DNA from: an uncultured Christensenella sp.
GTDB taxonomy: Bacteria > Bacillota > Clostridia > Christensenellales > UBA1242
Length of the DNA: 64,000 bases
Assembly (NCBI GenBank): GCA_949294455.1
Contig: CASFHD010000002.1
Location: forward strand, 20,724-84,723
Direction of reading: 5' to 3'
The number at the start of each line of letters is the position of its first letter. Within the stretch, counting starts at the first letter, position 1. Of the stretch, positions 49,337 through 59,926 are shown one piece after another. The translations under genes and the position numbers were made by a program. The notes beneath the pieces were generated by a model. That model saw only the letters and a program-made list of their open reading frames with translations, did not search any database and was not told the DNA's origin.

Positions 49337-50434
49337 TTGGGGACATTGGGCAAAGTGAAAAATATTTCGGTTATATTTGATATTGGCTCATCTAAAATCA
49401 GAATTGTTGCGGTAAAAAATTCAAATGACGAGTCAAAGATTTTATATTATAATGAAGTCGCCTATGAAGGATTTTATGACGGCGAATTTTTTGAAAGCGA
49501 AGAACTTCAAACTTATTTTGAAAATTTATATGCAGGTCTAAAAAATATTATAAAAAATGTACCTAGTGTCTGCTTTGTTGGATTGCCTAATGAATTCTTA
49601 TATCTAGAATGTAAAAAAATAACAAAAAAATTCTCATCTCCTACGAAACTCAGTAATTTAGAAATTTTGGATTTATACAAAGTAGATGACAAGAGATTGA
49701 TAGATAATTATGAACTTATAAGTTTTAGTGCTATGCGTTACAATATAGATGGTAAAGATTGCATTCGACCATTAAATCTTATTGCTAAAACTATTCAACT
49801 TGAAGCTTCTTTTATATATGCTAAATCACACATCGTAACGCTTATTAAAAATATTTTTAAAAATGTTGGTTTTGAAAAAGTTGAATTTTTATGTACGACT
49901 TTAGGTATAGGTTTCTTAAAAGACTTATCTATAAAACCTAAAATTATAGTCGATGTAGGTCATCTTACAACTAATGTTGCAGTTATAAAAGGTGAAGGTG
50001 CTATGCTTTTATCTGGGTTTTCTTTAGGTGCAGGTCATATTACTGAAGAAATTATGGACAAGTGTAAACTAAATTATGAGCAAGCAGAACTTATAAAGAA
50101 AAAAGTTTTATTAACTCTTAGTGAAAATTCTGATGAATGTTACATAATTCAGACTCCAACGCATAATTTTAGTTGCGGTATTTCGCTCGTTAACAAAATT
50201 GTTTTGGAAGTTTTAGAAAATATTTCTAATATTTTGAGTGAATTGCTTGTAGATTTTGATGAAATTGATATAAACTTAGTAGGAGATGGTATTTCTAAAT
50301 TTAAGGATATTGATAAAGTTTTATCAAGCATTTTAAATCGCAAGGTTAAAATACTAAACATTGACAAGGCGATTTATAAAGCATATCCTGCTAGCATCTG
50401 TGGGCTTATCGAACTTGTAAAAGATATTGTTTAA
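49337..50434 (+). CDS. ftsA: Cell-division protein FtsA-like (actin-fold ATPase), short form
   Basis: Actin-fold phosphate motifs IFDIGSSKIRIVAV and VDVGHLTTNVAVI. It lies immediately upstream of ftsZ. The start is uncertain (TTG 49337 or GTG 49355). Confidence 0.65.
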   Translation: MGTLGKVKNISVIFDIGSSKIRIVAVKNSNDESKILYYNEVAYEGFYDGEFFESEELQTYFENLYAGLKNIIKNVPSVCFVGLPNEFLYLECKKITKKFSSPTKLSNLEILDLYKVDDKRLIDNYELISFSAMRYNIDGKDCIRPLNLIAKTIQLEASFIYAKSHIVTLIKNIFKNVGFEKVEFLCTTLGIGFLKDLSIKPKIIVDVGHLTTNVAVIKGEGAMLLSGFSLGAGHITEEIMDKCKLNYEQAELIKKKVLLTLSENSDECYIIQTPTHNFSCGISLVNKIVLEVLENISNILSELLVDFDEIDINLVGDGISKFKDIDKVLSSILNRKVKILNIDKAIYKAYPASICGLIELVKDIV

Positions 50435-50443
50435 GGAGAGTTT

Positions 50444-51625
50444 ATGGTAGAAGATAACGTTTGTAAAATTAAAGTTTTAGGAGTCGGTGGTGCTGGAAAT
50501 AATGCCGTTAATCGTATGATTGAAGCAAAAATTTCTGGGGCTGAATTTATTGCAATTAATACTGATAAGCAAGTGCTTATGATGAGCAATGCTGATTCTA
50601 TATTGCAAATTGGTAAAGAATGTACAAAAGGGCTTGGTGCTGGTGCTAGACCTGAAACGGGAAAACAGGCGGCGGAAGAAAGTAAGCACGAAATAGAAGA
50701 TATCTTGAAAGATACCAATTTAGTATTCATAACTGCTGGTATGGGCGGTGGAACGGGAACAGGCGCTGCTCCTGTTATTGCTGATATTGCAAAAAGTATG
50801 GGTATTTTGACAGTTGCTGTAGTAACTAAACCTTTTGCTTTTGAGGGTCCTAAGAGAAAGAAAAACGCAGATGAAGGTTTAGAAGAATTGAGAAAACACG
50901 TTGATACTTTAGTAATTATTCCTAATGATAAACTTTATCGAATTTTGAAAAAAGATACTCCTGCCCTAGAAGCGTTGAGATTTGCTGATGATGTTTTAAG
51001 ACAAGGTATTCAAGGCGTTAGTGAACTTATTACTAAACCAAGTCTTATTAATCTTGATTTTGCTGATGTACAAACTATTATGAAAGATAAAGGACTTGCT
51101 CATATGGGAATAGGTAAGGGAAAGGGCGACAATAAAACTATTGAAGCCGTTAGACAAGCAGTTACTTCCCAATTACTTGAAACCTCTATAGAAGGGGCTA
51201 CAGGTATTTTGATTAATATTTCTGGTGGCAGAGATTTAACTTTAAGTGAAATTTATGAAGCAGTTGATTTGGTCAGAGAAGTTGCAGATGATGATTGTAA
51301 CATAATCTTTGGTGCAAGCATTACTAATGATGTTACAAATGAGGTGGATATTACTGTTATTGCTACTGGTTTTGATTTGAAAAAACAAGATGAACCACAA
51401 GATAATATGTTTGAAAACAACGGGAAAAATTTTAACTCATTCAATGACGCTGAACAAACTGAAAATGACTCGTCTTCTGATTCAGATGAAGATGACGATG
51501 ATGATGACGACTTTGACGAAGATGATGAAGAAGAACAAACAGAAGAAGATATTTCAATTAAACCAAAAGAAGTTGAAGTTAAGAAACATAAAATACCTAA
51601 GTTTTTGCGTAAATTTAGAAAATAG
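50444..51625 (+). CDS. ftsZ: Cell-division protein FtsZ
   Basis: KVLGVGGAGNNAVNRM and the tubulin signature GGGTGTGAAPVIA. It has an acidic linker and a C-terminal peptide IPKFLRKF. Confidence 0.95.
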   Translation: MVEDNVCKIKVLGVGGAGNNAVNRMIEAKISGAEFIAINTDKQVLMMSNADSILQIGKECTKGLGAGARPETGKQAAEESKHEIEDILKDTNLVFITAGMGGGTGTGAAPVIADIAKSMGILTVAVVTKPFAFEGPKRKKNADEGLEELRKHVDTLVIIPNDKLYRILKKDTPALEALRFADDVLRQGIQGVSELITKPSLINLDFADVQTIMKDKGLAHMGIGKGKGDNKTIEAVRQAVTSQLLETSIEGATGILINISGGRDLTLSEIYEAVDLVREVADDDCNIIFGASITNDVTNEVDITVIATGFDLKKQDEPQDNMFENNGKNFNSFNDAEQTENDSSSDSDEDDDDDDDFDEDDEEEQTEEDISIKPKEVEVKKHKIPKFLRKFRK

Positions 51626-52095
51626 GCTTTTTGAAATTTATTATAAATACGGCATTAAAATATTTGCATTAATATTTGAATAAATTAATAACATTTCAAA
51701 AATTATAATCTAACTTAATGTATTAATTGTATTTGTAAAAGAAATTATTAATATTATCAAATATTAACAACCTAATTTTACTATTTAAATTTTACCTAAT
51801 TTTTATTATTTTAAATATTATCTAATTGATTAATGTTTAATTAAAAGATAAAGTTGTAATATCGAGTGGTATTACAATGTTGGGTAAAACTCTAATAAAG
51901 AACTTGTATTTTTTAAAATTATTTTATATATAAATTGCACGATTTAAAATCAATGATTCTAAAATTAATATATAGTTTATTTAAAATAAATTAATTAATA
52001 TATTATTAGTAATTTTTAGTATTTCAATTGATAAATTTACATATTTTTGATGATAAAAAACACATTAATTTGCTTTAATGTGTTTTTTTGTTGAA

Positions 52096-53055
<960 letters not shown>

Positions 53056-53212
53056 TTAAAATGTGTTTCTTATTTTAAAGTCATAAGCAAATGACAAAAA
53101 TTTTTATTATGTGAGTTTTTACTAAATTTTAAGCATGAATATCTTATTATAAAACTATTATAAAAATTGACTTATAAATTTATTTATCTTATAATTTAAT
53201 AGAGGTGAGTAT

Positions 53213-55879
53213 ATGTTAGAATTAGAAAACATATCAAAAGTTTATAAAATGCCTGAAAACGAAGTTGTGGCTTTAAATAATTTAAGTATTATTTTTAGAA
53301 ACAAGGAATTCGTTTCTATTTTGGGACCATCAGGTTGCGGAAAAACTACCACATTAAATATTGTTGGTGGCCTTGATAAATATTCATCTGGAGAATTAAA
53401 AATTAATGGTATTAGTACCAAAGACTACAAAGATAAGGATTGGGATAATTATAGAAATCATAAAGTGGGCTTTGTATTTCAAAGTTATAATTTAATTCCT
53501 CATCAGACAGTTGGGCAAAACATTGAACTATCGCTAATATTAGGTGGACTTTCTAAATCTCAAAGAAAACAAAAGGTGTTAGATGTTTTGAAAAAAGTGG
53601 GTCTTGAGGATAAATATCATTCAAAACCTAATCAGTTATCTGGTGGTCAAATGCAAAGAGTTTCAATTGCTCGTGCGCTTATAAACGACCCAGAAATTGT
53701 TTTGGCAGATGAACCAACAGGTGCATTGGATAGCAAAACAAGTCTTCAAATTATGGACCTTTTAAAAGAAGTGAGCAAAGATAGATTGGTTATTATGGTA
53801 ACACATAATCCTGAACTTGCGGATAATTATTCTACGCGTATTGTTAAATTGCAAGATGGAAAACTTGTAAGCGATTCTAATCCTGTAACAGAAAAAGAGT
53901 ATTTAGAACTTAAAAAAGAAGATGAAAAAATTTTAAATAGCAATATTGTAGAAATAAAAGACAAAAAGGGAAATGTCAAAAAAAAGAAGATTAAAGAGAA
54001 AACCTCTATGTCGTTACTTACTGCACTTTCGCTTAGTTTTAAAAACCTTTTATCAAAAAAGGGTAGAACTATCTTGGTGTCTTTTGCAGGAAGTATCGGC
54101 ATAATTGGTATATCTTTAGTTTTGGCTCTATCTAGTGGTTTTCAGTCGTATATAGACAAAGTTGAAGAAGACACACTTACTACTTATCCTATTGAAATTT
54201 CAGCAAAAGGAATGGATATGACTAGCATTATGATGAGTGCTATGATGTCCTCAGTTAGTCAGACTGGAAAGGCTGATGATGACGCAGTGTATTCTAGTGA
54301 TGTGTTGACAAGTATGATGGGAGATATTTCTAGACAATTAAGTATAAATGACACACAAGGATTTTATAATTATTTACAGAATCCAAACAACTTTGACAAA
54401 ATTAAAGATTATGTAAATGATATTCAATATACATATAATTTGCCTTTAAGCATAACTACACAAAACGGCAAAGTTGTTGAACCTAATTCAACTGCAATTA
54501 TGGACATAATTGTCAATTATTCTGTCGCATATTTAGAAAGCAAAGCAAATGTAACTGTTGAGGACGATGGAATAATTTACACTATTACATCAAATGATTC
54601 GACTGATTTTACTGTAACAGATTCTTATTTAGGTGGTTATGCTGAAACTTTAAAAAATACAGGAGAATGTAAAATCCCTGTAAATGAGTTTGCAAATATA
54701 GTCTCTGGCGTTATTGGTGTTGACAGCACAAGTATGACTGCTCTTTTACAAAGCAGTATGTCATATACAAGTGAAATGCTTTCAAATGATGAACTAATAA
54801 AATCGCAGTATGAAATTTTAAGCGGGGAGTGGAACAACTCGGCTAATGAAATAGTTTTGGTTTTAGACGATGAAGGTAGGTTAAGCGACTATTATATGTA
54901 TGCTTTAGGTTTTGTTGATAAACAAGAATTAAAAGATATGTTAAAAAGTCAATTCACTGATGAACCTTATAGCCTTAGAGTAGATTTTGAAAATATCATA
55001 GGTCAAAGTTATAAAATTAATATACCTACAGATTATTATTTTGAAGATAATGATGGAATTTTACAAGATATTAGAAAAGTAGAAGATTTTTCAAATTTCC
55101 CACACGAATTGCAATATTACTTATCAGAAGTATCTAACAATGCAGAAATTGTTACTATTACAGGTATTGTTAGAATAAAAGAAACTACTACAAATGGGGC
55201 TTTAAAAGAAGGCTTGAATTATTCAAAAGATTTAACAGAAAAGTTAATACAAAAATATAATAATTCATCTGCTGTGCAATCTAATATAGAAGGTATTTCT
55301 TTAATAAAAATAGATACACCTGCTAGTATCAATATTTATATAAAAGATTTTGAATGTCGTGAAGCTGTGATAAATTTTATCAATGATTACAACAAAAACG
55401 CAGAAGAAGGCAAACAAATTTCTTATAATGATTTAGTGGGTACTATAATGTCTTCTGTGACGACTATAATTAATGCTATAACTTATGTTTTAGTAGGTTT
55501 TGTATCGGTTTCTTTAGTTGTCTCTTCAATTATGATTGGCATTATTACCTATATTTCAGTTTTGGAAAGAACAAAAGAAATTGGTGTCCTTCGCTCAATA
55601 GGTGCATCTAAGCGAGATATAAAACATGTATTTAGTTCAGAGGCTTTAATCATTGGTTTGACGGCGGGTGTATTGGGTATTGCAGTTACTTTGTTGTTGT
55701 GTATTCCTATTAATTTAATTTTAAAATCATTCACTGGAATATCAGGCGTTGCATCTTTGCCTGTTTTGGCTGGTATAATATTAATCTTAATAAGTATGGC
55801 TTTGACTTTCATAGCAGGGCTTATTCCTGCAAAAATTGCTAGCAAAAAAGACCCTGTTGTAGCTTTACGCTCAGAATAA
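53213..55879 (+). CDS. Fused ABC transporter ATP-binding protein/FtsX-family permease (MacB-type)
   Basis: The N-terminal ATPase has GPSGCGKTT, LSGGQMQRVSIARAL and ADEPTGALD. It is followed by one TM, a ~440-aa extracytoplasmic region and a C-terminal 3-TM FtsX domain. Confidence 0.85.
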   Translation: MLELENISKVYKMPENEVVALNNLSIIFRNKEFVSILGPSGCGKTTTLNIVGGLDKYSSGELKINGISTKDYKDKDWDNYRNHKVGFVFQSYNLIPHQTVGQNIELSLILGGLSKSQRKQKVLDVLKKVGLEDKYHSKPNQLSGGQMQRVSIARALINDPEIVLADEPTGALDSKTSLQIMDLLKEVSKDRLVIMVTHNPELADNYSTRIVKLQDGKLVSDSNPVTEKEYLELKKEDEKILNSNIVEIKDKKGNVKKKKIKEKTSMSLLTALSLSFKNLLSKKGRTILVSFAGSIGIIGISLVLALSSGFQSYIDKVEEDTLTTYPIEISAKGMDMTSIMMSAMMSSVSQTGKADDDAVYSSDVLTSMMGDISRQLSINDTQGFYNYLQNPNNFDKIKDYVNDIQYTYNLPLSITTQNGKVVEPNSTAIMDIIVNYSVAYLESKANVTVEDDGIIYTITSNDSTDFTVTDSYLGGYAETLKNTGECKIPVNEFANIVSGVIGVDSTSMTALLQSSMSYTSEMLSNDELIKSQYEILSGEWNNSANEIVLVLDDEGRLSDYYMYALGFVDKQELKDMLKSQFTDEPYSLRVDFENIIGQSYKINIPTDYYFEDNDGILQDIRKVEDFSNFPHELQYYLSEVSNNAEIVTITGIVRIKETTTNGALKEGLNYSKDLTEKLIQKYNNSSAVQSNIEGISLIKIDTPASINIYIKDFECREAVINFINDYNKNAEEGKQISYNDLVGTIMSSVTTIINAITYVLVGFVSVSLVVSSIMIGIITYISVLERTKEIGVLRSIGASKRDIKHVFSSEALIIGLTAGVLGIAVTLLLCIPINLILKSFTGISGVASLPVLAGIILILISMALTFIAGLIPAKIASKKDPVVALRSE

Positions 55880-55911
55880 TGTGAAAAATTTAACCTATTA
55901 ACCTATTAATA

Positions 55912-55940
55912 TTGACATTTTCTTATGCTTTATGTAAAAT
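55912..55940 (+). promoter_or_regulatory. Sigma-A type promoter of the ThyX-like gene
   Basis: TTGACA (55912-55917), 17 nt of spacer, then TAAAAT (55935-55940). It is preceded by the tandem direct repeat AACCTATTA-ACCTATTA. Confidence 0.5.
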
Positions 55941-55969
55941 GAAACAACAATTTGCTTAAGGAGAATTTT

Positions 55970-57187
55970 ATGTCAGATAATCTAGGTATGAAATTGATAA
56001 TTATAGGTCACACAAACGAATCTAATGAAATTAAAAAAGAAGATATTTTATTGTTCTCTGGGCGAAATGCGGGAATTTGCTATATGAAAGATAACTGGAA
56101 TATGCTTTCAGGCGAATCTCAAGAAAAAACACTAAAACGAGCAAAAAATAATTTAATTAATCAACATCATAGCGTTTACGACCATTATGTTATTAATATG
56201 GTTTTTGAAGGAATTCCAAAGTTTTTGGCAATGATTTTAAATAATCAAGGATTATATGCTACAAGTGAAAAATCCGCTCGATATACCAAAATGGAATTAC
56301 AGGGAAGGGAAAAAGAAATTTATGATAAATGGTTGAAAATATTTTTGGATTTAATAAACAAGAAATATCCAAAAAATGAATATAATAATTGCGCTTATTG
56401 GGGAAAAACTGATGAGGCTAATGATAACAAAAGAGTAAAATTAGCACAAGAAAATGCAAGATATTTAACTAGTGTTTTTACACCAACAACAATGTCTCAT
56501 ACTATAAATATTAGACAATTAAACTATGTATATAACGAATTAAAAAATCTTTTAGATAGTGATTCAAGTTCACGCTTAATTGAAAAATCAAGACCTTATG
56601 TTGAAAAATTAATTCATTTGATAGAAGAAAATAATCTTGTAATTAATGGGCTAGATGCCAGCGCAAAAAGTGAAACTATTAAATTTTTTGATGCAAGAAA
56701 TTATCAGCCAACTAAAATATATGATGATATATACCAAACTTATTATAATGGTAGTTTGGCACAACTAGCACAAGCTCAAAGACATAGAACTATTAATTAC
56801 AGAATTAAAGAATTAGATAATGATATGTATTTTGTACCACCAATTTTAAGAGATAATGAAAAACTTGTAAAAGAATTTTTACAAGATTTATATGAACTAG
56901 AAAATATCATTCCACAAGCAACTATGGTTGAAATAAGAGAAAGTGGAAGTCTAGATAATTTATTGTTGAAACTAAAAGAAAGAAAATGCTCGTATGCTCA
57001 ATTAGAAATTAATGACCAATCACAAGAACTTATAAAAGAATATCATAATGCATTAAAAAAAGATAATCATCCACGGGCAAATGAAATTGAAAAATATACT
57101 TATGGTGCAAGATGTACTTTTCCTGATTATACTTGCCCTTCACCTTGCGGTTTTAAAGAAGGCGTTCAAATGACAAGAGAAATTTAA
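55970..57187 (+). CDS. ThyX-like (flavin-dependent thymidylate synthase family) protein, double-length and divergent
   Basis: ThyX-like motifs QHHSVYDH, SEKSARY and ENARYL...T...NIRQL are in the first half. RHR (QAQRHRTINY) and ...SYAQLEI are in the second half. The start at ATG 55970 follows AAGGAG. Confidence 0.5.
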   Translation: MSDNLGMKLIIIGHTNESNEIKKEDILLFSGRNAGICYMKDNWNMLSGESQEKTLKRAKNNLINQHHSVYDHYVINMVFEGIPKFLAMILNNQGLYATSEKSARYTKMELQGREKEIYDKWLKIFLDLINKKYPKNEYNNCAYWGKTDEANDNKRVKLAQENARYLTSVFTPTTMSHTINIRQLNYVYNELKNLLDSDSSSRLIEKSRPYVEKLIHLIEENNLVINGLDASAKSETIKFFDARNYQPTKIYDDIYQTYYNGSLAQLAQAQRHRTINYRIKELDNDMYFVPPILRDNEKLVKEFLQDLYELENIIPQATMVEIRESGSLDNLLLKLKERKCSYAQLEINDQSQELIKEYHNALKKDNHPRANEIEKYTYGARCTFPDYTCPSPCGFKEGVQMTREI

Positions 57188-57208
57188 TTAAAAATTTTAA
57201 AAAGATAC

Positions 57209-57238
57209 TTGCATTAGTGATATTTATGTGATATAATT
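57209..57238 (+). promoter_or_regulatory. Sigma-A type promoter of rplS
   Basis: TTGCAT (57209-57214), 18 nt of spacer including TGtGA, then TATAAT (57233-57238). Confidence 0.45.
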
Positions 57239-57315
57239 TCAAAGTCTTAAAATATGCTCCGCTCTTATCCTATGGTCTATGGATATGCAAGAACATATTT
57301 GACAATGGAGGATTT

Positions 57316-57660
57316 ATGAATATTATTGACCAAATTAACAAAGAAGGAATGAAACAATCTGTTCCTGACTTTAACATCGGTGATACAGTTAAAGTTATGT
57401 ATCGTATTAAAGAAGGCGATAAAGAAAGATTACAAGCCTATGAAGGTGTAGTAATTTCTAAAGAAGGTTCTTCTATAAATGAAAGATTCACTGTTAGAAG
57501 AGTTTCTTATGGCATAGGTGTTGAAAGAACTTTCCCTTTGCACTCACCTAGAGTTGAAAGCATTACCGTTACTAGAAAAGGTAAAGCAAGACGCGCAAAA
57601 TTGTATTATGTTCGCGACTTGTCTGGTAAGGCTGCAAAAGTAAAAGAAAGAAAAGAGTAA
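57316..57660 (+). CDS. rplS: 50S ribosomal protein L19
   Basis: The sequence [33 protein letters not shown]...[21 protein letters not shown] is typical of L19. Confidence 0.92.
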   Translation: MNIIDQINKEGMKQSVPDFNIGDTVKVMYRIKEGDKERLQAYEGVVISKEGSSINERFTVRRVSYGIGVERTFPLHSPRVESITVTRKGKARRAKLYYVRDLSGKAAKVKERKE

Positions 57661-57666
57661 TTAATT

Positions 57667-57688
57667 CGGGCTTTGCCCGTTTTTTTTT
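57667..57688 (+). terminator. Rho-independent terminator after rplS
   Basis: CGGGC-ttt-GCCCG followed by T9. Confidence 0.8.
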
Positions 57689-57821
57689 ATTTACTTAAGA
57701 TTCAATGGATTAATTCAATATTTATATGCTATATAATAAAAATGAATTAATTATGTAAATATATTTGTTTTCTTTAAAAAAAGATGATAATATTATAATG
57801 ATATTTATTTAAGGGGGAAAA

Positions 57822-58898
57822 ATGGCAAAGTTAAATATTGTGCAATATGGTTGCGGAAAGATGAGCGTTTACACTATGCGCTATGTCTTTGAAAAGGGTG
57901 CAAAAATTGTTGGCGCTTTCGATGTTGATAAAAATATAGTGGGAAAAGATATCGCTGAAATTATGGGCGAAAAAAAGGCTAGAGGAGTGGTCGTTCAAAA
58001 TGCTAAAGAATTTGAAAATTTCTTAAAAGCAAATGCTGTAGATTGTGTAATTGTTACTACTAGAAGTTTATTTAGCGAGGTTGAAGATGCTTTATTTACT
58101 TGTGCGAAGTGTGGCGTGAATGCTATCACTACTTGTGAAGAAGCATTATTCCCTCAAAATAGTAATCCTAAGGCTTTTGATAGAATCAACAAAATGGCTA
58201 AAAAGACAGGTGCTACAATCTGCGGTACAGGTTATCAAGATGTATTCTGGGGAAATTTAATAACTGCTATTGCTGGTGCTACTCATAAAATCACAAGAAT
58301 AATAGGTAAATCTAGTTATAATGTTGAAGATTATGGCGTTGCCTTGGCTGAAGCGCACGGTGCAGGATTAGATTTAGAAACTTTTGACAAAAAGGTTGCA
58401 TCTTTAGATAGAATTTCTGATAAGGCTAGACAAAAGTTAATTGATAATGGTAAATTTGCACCTTCTTATATGTGGAATGTAAATGGTTGGCTTGCTAGTC
58501 AATTAGGACTAACTGTTATTTCTCAATCACAAAAATGTGTGCCACAAATTGCTAAAAAGGCAATTAAGAGTACAACACTTAATATGAATATACCAAAAGG
58601 GAATGCAACAGGAATGAGCGCTGTAGTTACCACTACTACTAAAGAAGGTATTGAGATAATTAGTGAATGTATTGGTAAAGTTTACGCTCCTGATGAATTT
58701 GATTCTAACGAATGGACAGTAGAGGGTGAACCTAATACAACAATTACAGTAAATCGTCCAGCAACAGTTGAACTTACTTGTGCTACAATTGTAAACAGAA
58801 TTCCTGAAGTTATTAAAGCTCCTGCTGGATATTATACAACTGAAAAAATGCCTGTAAATACTTATAAAGTAAAGGCTTTAGATAAATATGTTAAATAA
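57822..58898 (+). CDS. DapB-N-like NAD(P)-binding oxidoreductase; possibly of the 2,4-diaminopentanoate/amine dehydrogenase family
   Basis: An N-terminal Rossmann-like segment (NIVQYGCGKMSVYTMRY...AKIVGAFDVD) and a ~350-aa size. The family assignment is from memory of the overall layout only. Confidence 0.4.
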   Translation: MAKLNIVQYGCGKMSVYTMRYVFEKGAKIVGAFDVDKNIVGKDIAEIMGEKKARGVVVQNAKEFENFLKANAVDCVIVTTRSLFSEVEDALFTCAKCGVNAITTCEEALFPQNSNPKAFDRINKMAKKTGATICGTGYQDVFWGNLITAIAGATHKITRIIGKSSYNVEDYGVALAEAHGAGLDLETFDKKVASLDRISDKARQKLIDNGKFAPSYMWNVNGWLASQLGLTVISQSQKCVPQIAKKAIKSTTLNMNIPKGNATGMSAVVTTTTKEGIEIISECIGKVYAPDEFDSNEWTVEGEPNTTITVNRPATVELTCATIVNRIPEVIKAPAGYYTTEKMPVNTYKVKALDKYVK

Positions 58899-58903
58899 AA
58901 ATT

Positions 58904-58931
58904 AAGAACCTTTTTATAAGGTTCTTTTTTC
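58904..58931 (+). terminator. Rho-independent terminator
   Basis: aagaacctt-tttat-aaggttctt followed by ttttt. Confidence 0.75.
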
Positions 58932-59247
58932 ATTTTTAAATCAATTCAATAAAATTAGATTTTTTAAAAGTTGTAACAATTTTAATACATTTTTAATTTG
59001 ATTTTTTTAATAGTATAAGATACATATTTAACTTTGAGTTTAAAGCTGTTTTAAGTTTTTTTTATATTGATTTCAAAAAGTTTATATTTATTTAAAACTT
59101 TTATTTTTAATTCCTTAAGTACTGCTTTTTTGAATTTTATTACAATTTTAATTGTGGTAATATAAATTTTAAAAGCAACTAAAAACTTAATTCAAATATA
59201 ATTTTTATAAAAGTAACTAACAAACCTTTAAATTAAAGATTTAAAAT

Positions 59248-59323
59248 TGGAGCTGATGATGGGACTCGAACCCATGACCTGATGATTACGAATCATCTGC
59301 TCTACCAACTGAGCCACACCAGC
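59248..59323 (-). tRNA. tRNA-Thr (anticodon CGT)
   Basis: The reverse complement is GCTGGTGTGGCTCAGTTGGTAGAGCA-GATGA-TTCGTAA-TCATC-AGGTC-ATGGGTTCGAGTCCCAT-CATCAGC-T-CCA. Confidence 0.92.
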
Positions 59324-59926
59324 ATGTTTTTATTATAAATCAATTTTGTTATTTAGTCAATTAATCAATTGTATTGCTATGAAATTTAGTTAAAATCTAT
59401 TAATTCAAATTATTTTTCGATTTTTTAATTTTTTTATATACTTAAAACTAACTTTTGTCATTTTTAGATATTGATTAATTAATGTTTTTTTCGTTTGATA
59501 TAGAAATTTAAAATTCTATTTAATATGTTTTTTTGATTTGTGTAATATTTATTATTTTTGATTTTATGTTAAATGCTCTTATTTGTTCGTGATATTGATT
59601 TTAATTTTGTTATTATATTAATAGTGTTTTTTAATTTGTAATGATAATTATCGTTTTTTGATTTTTATATTGAATTGTTTATTAGATTTGTGATAACAAA
59701 GTTTTAATTTTATTTTATATATTGAATATAGTTTTTTGTTTTGAGATAATGATTATTATTTATGTTTTTTATTATGTATTAAATTATTATATAACATAAA
59801 TGCTGATTATTTAGCGTTAATTTAATATAAAGAATTTTATTTAAAGGTTTAATTTTTGTTTTATTTTATTTGCGAATTTTATTATATTTTGGTAAACTTA
59901 TCTTAATTAATCATTTAGGAATTTTT

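Noticed and set aside
49099-49353. ORF 49099-49353 (-), 84 aa.
   Set aside because: It lies in a near-pure A+T spacer. Its product is N/Y/K/F/I low-complexity, it has no RBS, and it overlaps the ftsA start region.
50431-51683. ORFs antisense to or out of frame within ftsZ (50431-50730 -, 50477-50689 -, 51253-51444 -, 51390-51683 +).
   Set aside because: ftsZ is unambiguous. The + frame ORF is the shifted reading of the GAT/GAA acidic-linker repeats, and the others lack RBSs.
57239-57315. A possible L19 (rplS) autoregulatory leader RNA in the 5' UTR.
   Set aside because: Some pairing is visible (AAATATG...CATATTT; ATCC...GGAT). I cannot verify the Rfam L19-leader consensus from memory, so it is not reported as a feature. 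An Infernal scan would decide.
59340-59870. A recurrent GTTTTTT..GATTTGTGATAAT-like motif (at ~59484, 59526, 59634, 59652, 59730 and 59763) upstream of smc. It might be a repeat family.
   Set aside because: The spacing is irregular (18-108 bp) and the matches are short and degenerate in T-rich DNA. By eye I cannot distinguish it from low complexity. It would need a statistical motif search.
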